DNA of 64,000 bases from Malacoraja senta (taxonomy: Eukaryota), in assembly GCA_038087875.1 (NCBI GenBank), contig CM075989.1, positions 19,592,001 through 19,656,000 of the forward strand, in the 5' to 3' direction. Every line of letters begins with the position of its first letter. Position 1 is the first letter of the stretch. The notes beneath the pieces were generated by a model, which ran no database searches, was not told the DNA's origin, and was given only the letters and a program-made list of their open reading frames with translations. Positions 62,994-64,000 of the stretch are shown here, piece by piece. The position numbers were made by a program, and so were the translations under genes.

Positions 62994-63415
62994 GAGGATG
63001 TTGCCAGGACTTGAGGGTCTGAGCTATAGGGAGAGGTTGAATAGACTGGGACTCTATTCCTGGGAGCGCAGGAGGATGCGGGGTGATCTTATAGAGGTGT
63101 ACAAAATCATGAGAGGAATAGATTGGATAGAATCTTTTGTAGGGGAATCGAGGACATAGGTTTAAGATTTAATAGGAATCTGAGGGGTAACTTTTTCACA
63201 CAAAGGGTGGTGGGTGTATGGAACGAGCTGCCTGAGGAGGTGGTTGAGGCAGGGACCATCCCAACATTTATGAAACAGTTAGACAGGTCCATGGATAGGA
63301 CAGGTTTGGAGGGATATGGGCCAAACGCAGGCAGGTGGGACTAGTGTAGCTGGGACAAGTTGGCCTGTGTGGGCAAGTTGGGGCCTGTTTCCATGCTGTA
63401 AGACTCTATGACTCT
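62994..63415 (+). mobile_element. CR1/HER1-like LINE 3' end
   Basis: RFNRNLRGNFFTQRVVGVWNELPEEVVEAG...GPNAGRWD. Confidence 0.9.
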
Positions 63416-63679
63416 GACATATTTCAATGGATCAAAAGTTTCTTCTGATTCGTGTGCTACATTCCAGCATAAAGACACTTGGAAGATTGATTCCAATCTC
63501 CTACGCCTCCTTTACATCAGGCAAGTGGGGGTGTAAGTTCCAAACTGTGATTCAGGCCGCGAACAACCATGGCAATGTTTTGTAAATGTTTCAGATGAAT
63601 TAACTGCAGCGATCACTCCAAACAATAAATATAACATGGTACGTTGCAATCAACATTTACACCTCTGGCAACTAACCAT

Positions 63680-64000
63680 TGTAGGTATGTTACAAAACTT
63701 ACCTTCAGTCGCGCTGCAATTCTGCCACTGGCCGTGTGCGCGATTTTGGCGCCTTTAAGGGGGGGCGGAGTTAAAACGCGGGTTTCTCCTCCCTTGTCCT
63801 GGTTAATATTTTGTTGGAGTACAAGCCTTGGCTGACAAATCGTTCCTAGCGGCGTTTTGTGAATTTTTTAGTTTTATTAAATCGTCAATGTCAGCGCTAG
63901 AGTAATTTTAAAATCAGCTCCTGAAGCGTCAACACCGATAACGGGGACGGATTTCACACATGGGACAGGTAAACGAAAGTGGTTTCTTTAAATGTATAAA
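63680..64000. mobile_element. Unclassified CpG-rich element running off the window (possible DNA transposon end)
   Basis: Abrupt switch to CpG-rich composition; no ORF; second end not visible. Confidence 0.3.

Noticed and set aside
1-64000. Most ORF-track entries as host genes
   Set aside because: They are translations of V-SINEs, CR1 or Penelope pieces, or low-complexity DNA; I recognised no splice-consistent exon chain or host protein domain

Overview
This is eukaryotic, repeat-dense vertebrate DNA. The dominant repeats are HE1-like V-SINEs with (CTAAA)n tails, HER1/CR1-type LINE 3' ends and Penelope-derived short elements, which points to an elasmobranch, probably a skate or ray (inference). 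I recognise no intact host protein-coding exon; the window reads as intron or gene desert with islands of unique, possibly regulatory, sequence and a 200-N assembly gap. Other elements are two decayed hAT transposons (one with a CGGBP1-like transposase), PIF/Harbinger-type MITEs with TAA target duplications, Rex1/Babar fragments, and one AFC-like CORE SINE that looks teleost-like. The main finding is four short (about 140-190 bp) non-autonomous retroposons of three different sequence families: 1487-1674(-), 18775-19052(-), 38924-39099(-) and 40688-40827(+). Each starts at a compact HDV-like self-cleaving ribozyme fold with covarying P1/P2/P3 stems, a conserved U(U/C)CACGU L3 loop and a C(U/C)AA J4/2, and ends in an AAG-rich tail. 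Two families almost lack P4 (about 52-54 nt). Penelope-derived elements carrying minimal hammerhead cores are also abundant, and one sits inside an HDV-ribozyme element. Also noted: a perfect 70-bp palindrome within a fold-back rearrangement, and a duplicated, decayed signal-peptide ORF that may be cytokine-like (speculative). Coordinates of ordinary repeat copies are approximate (about +/-10-20 bp).
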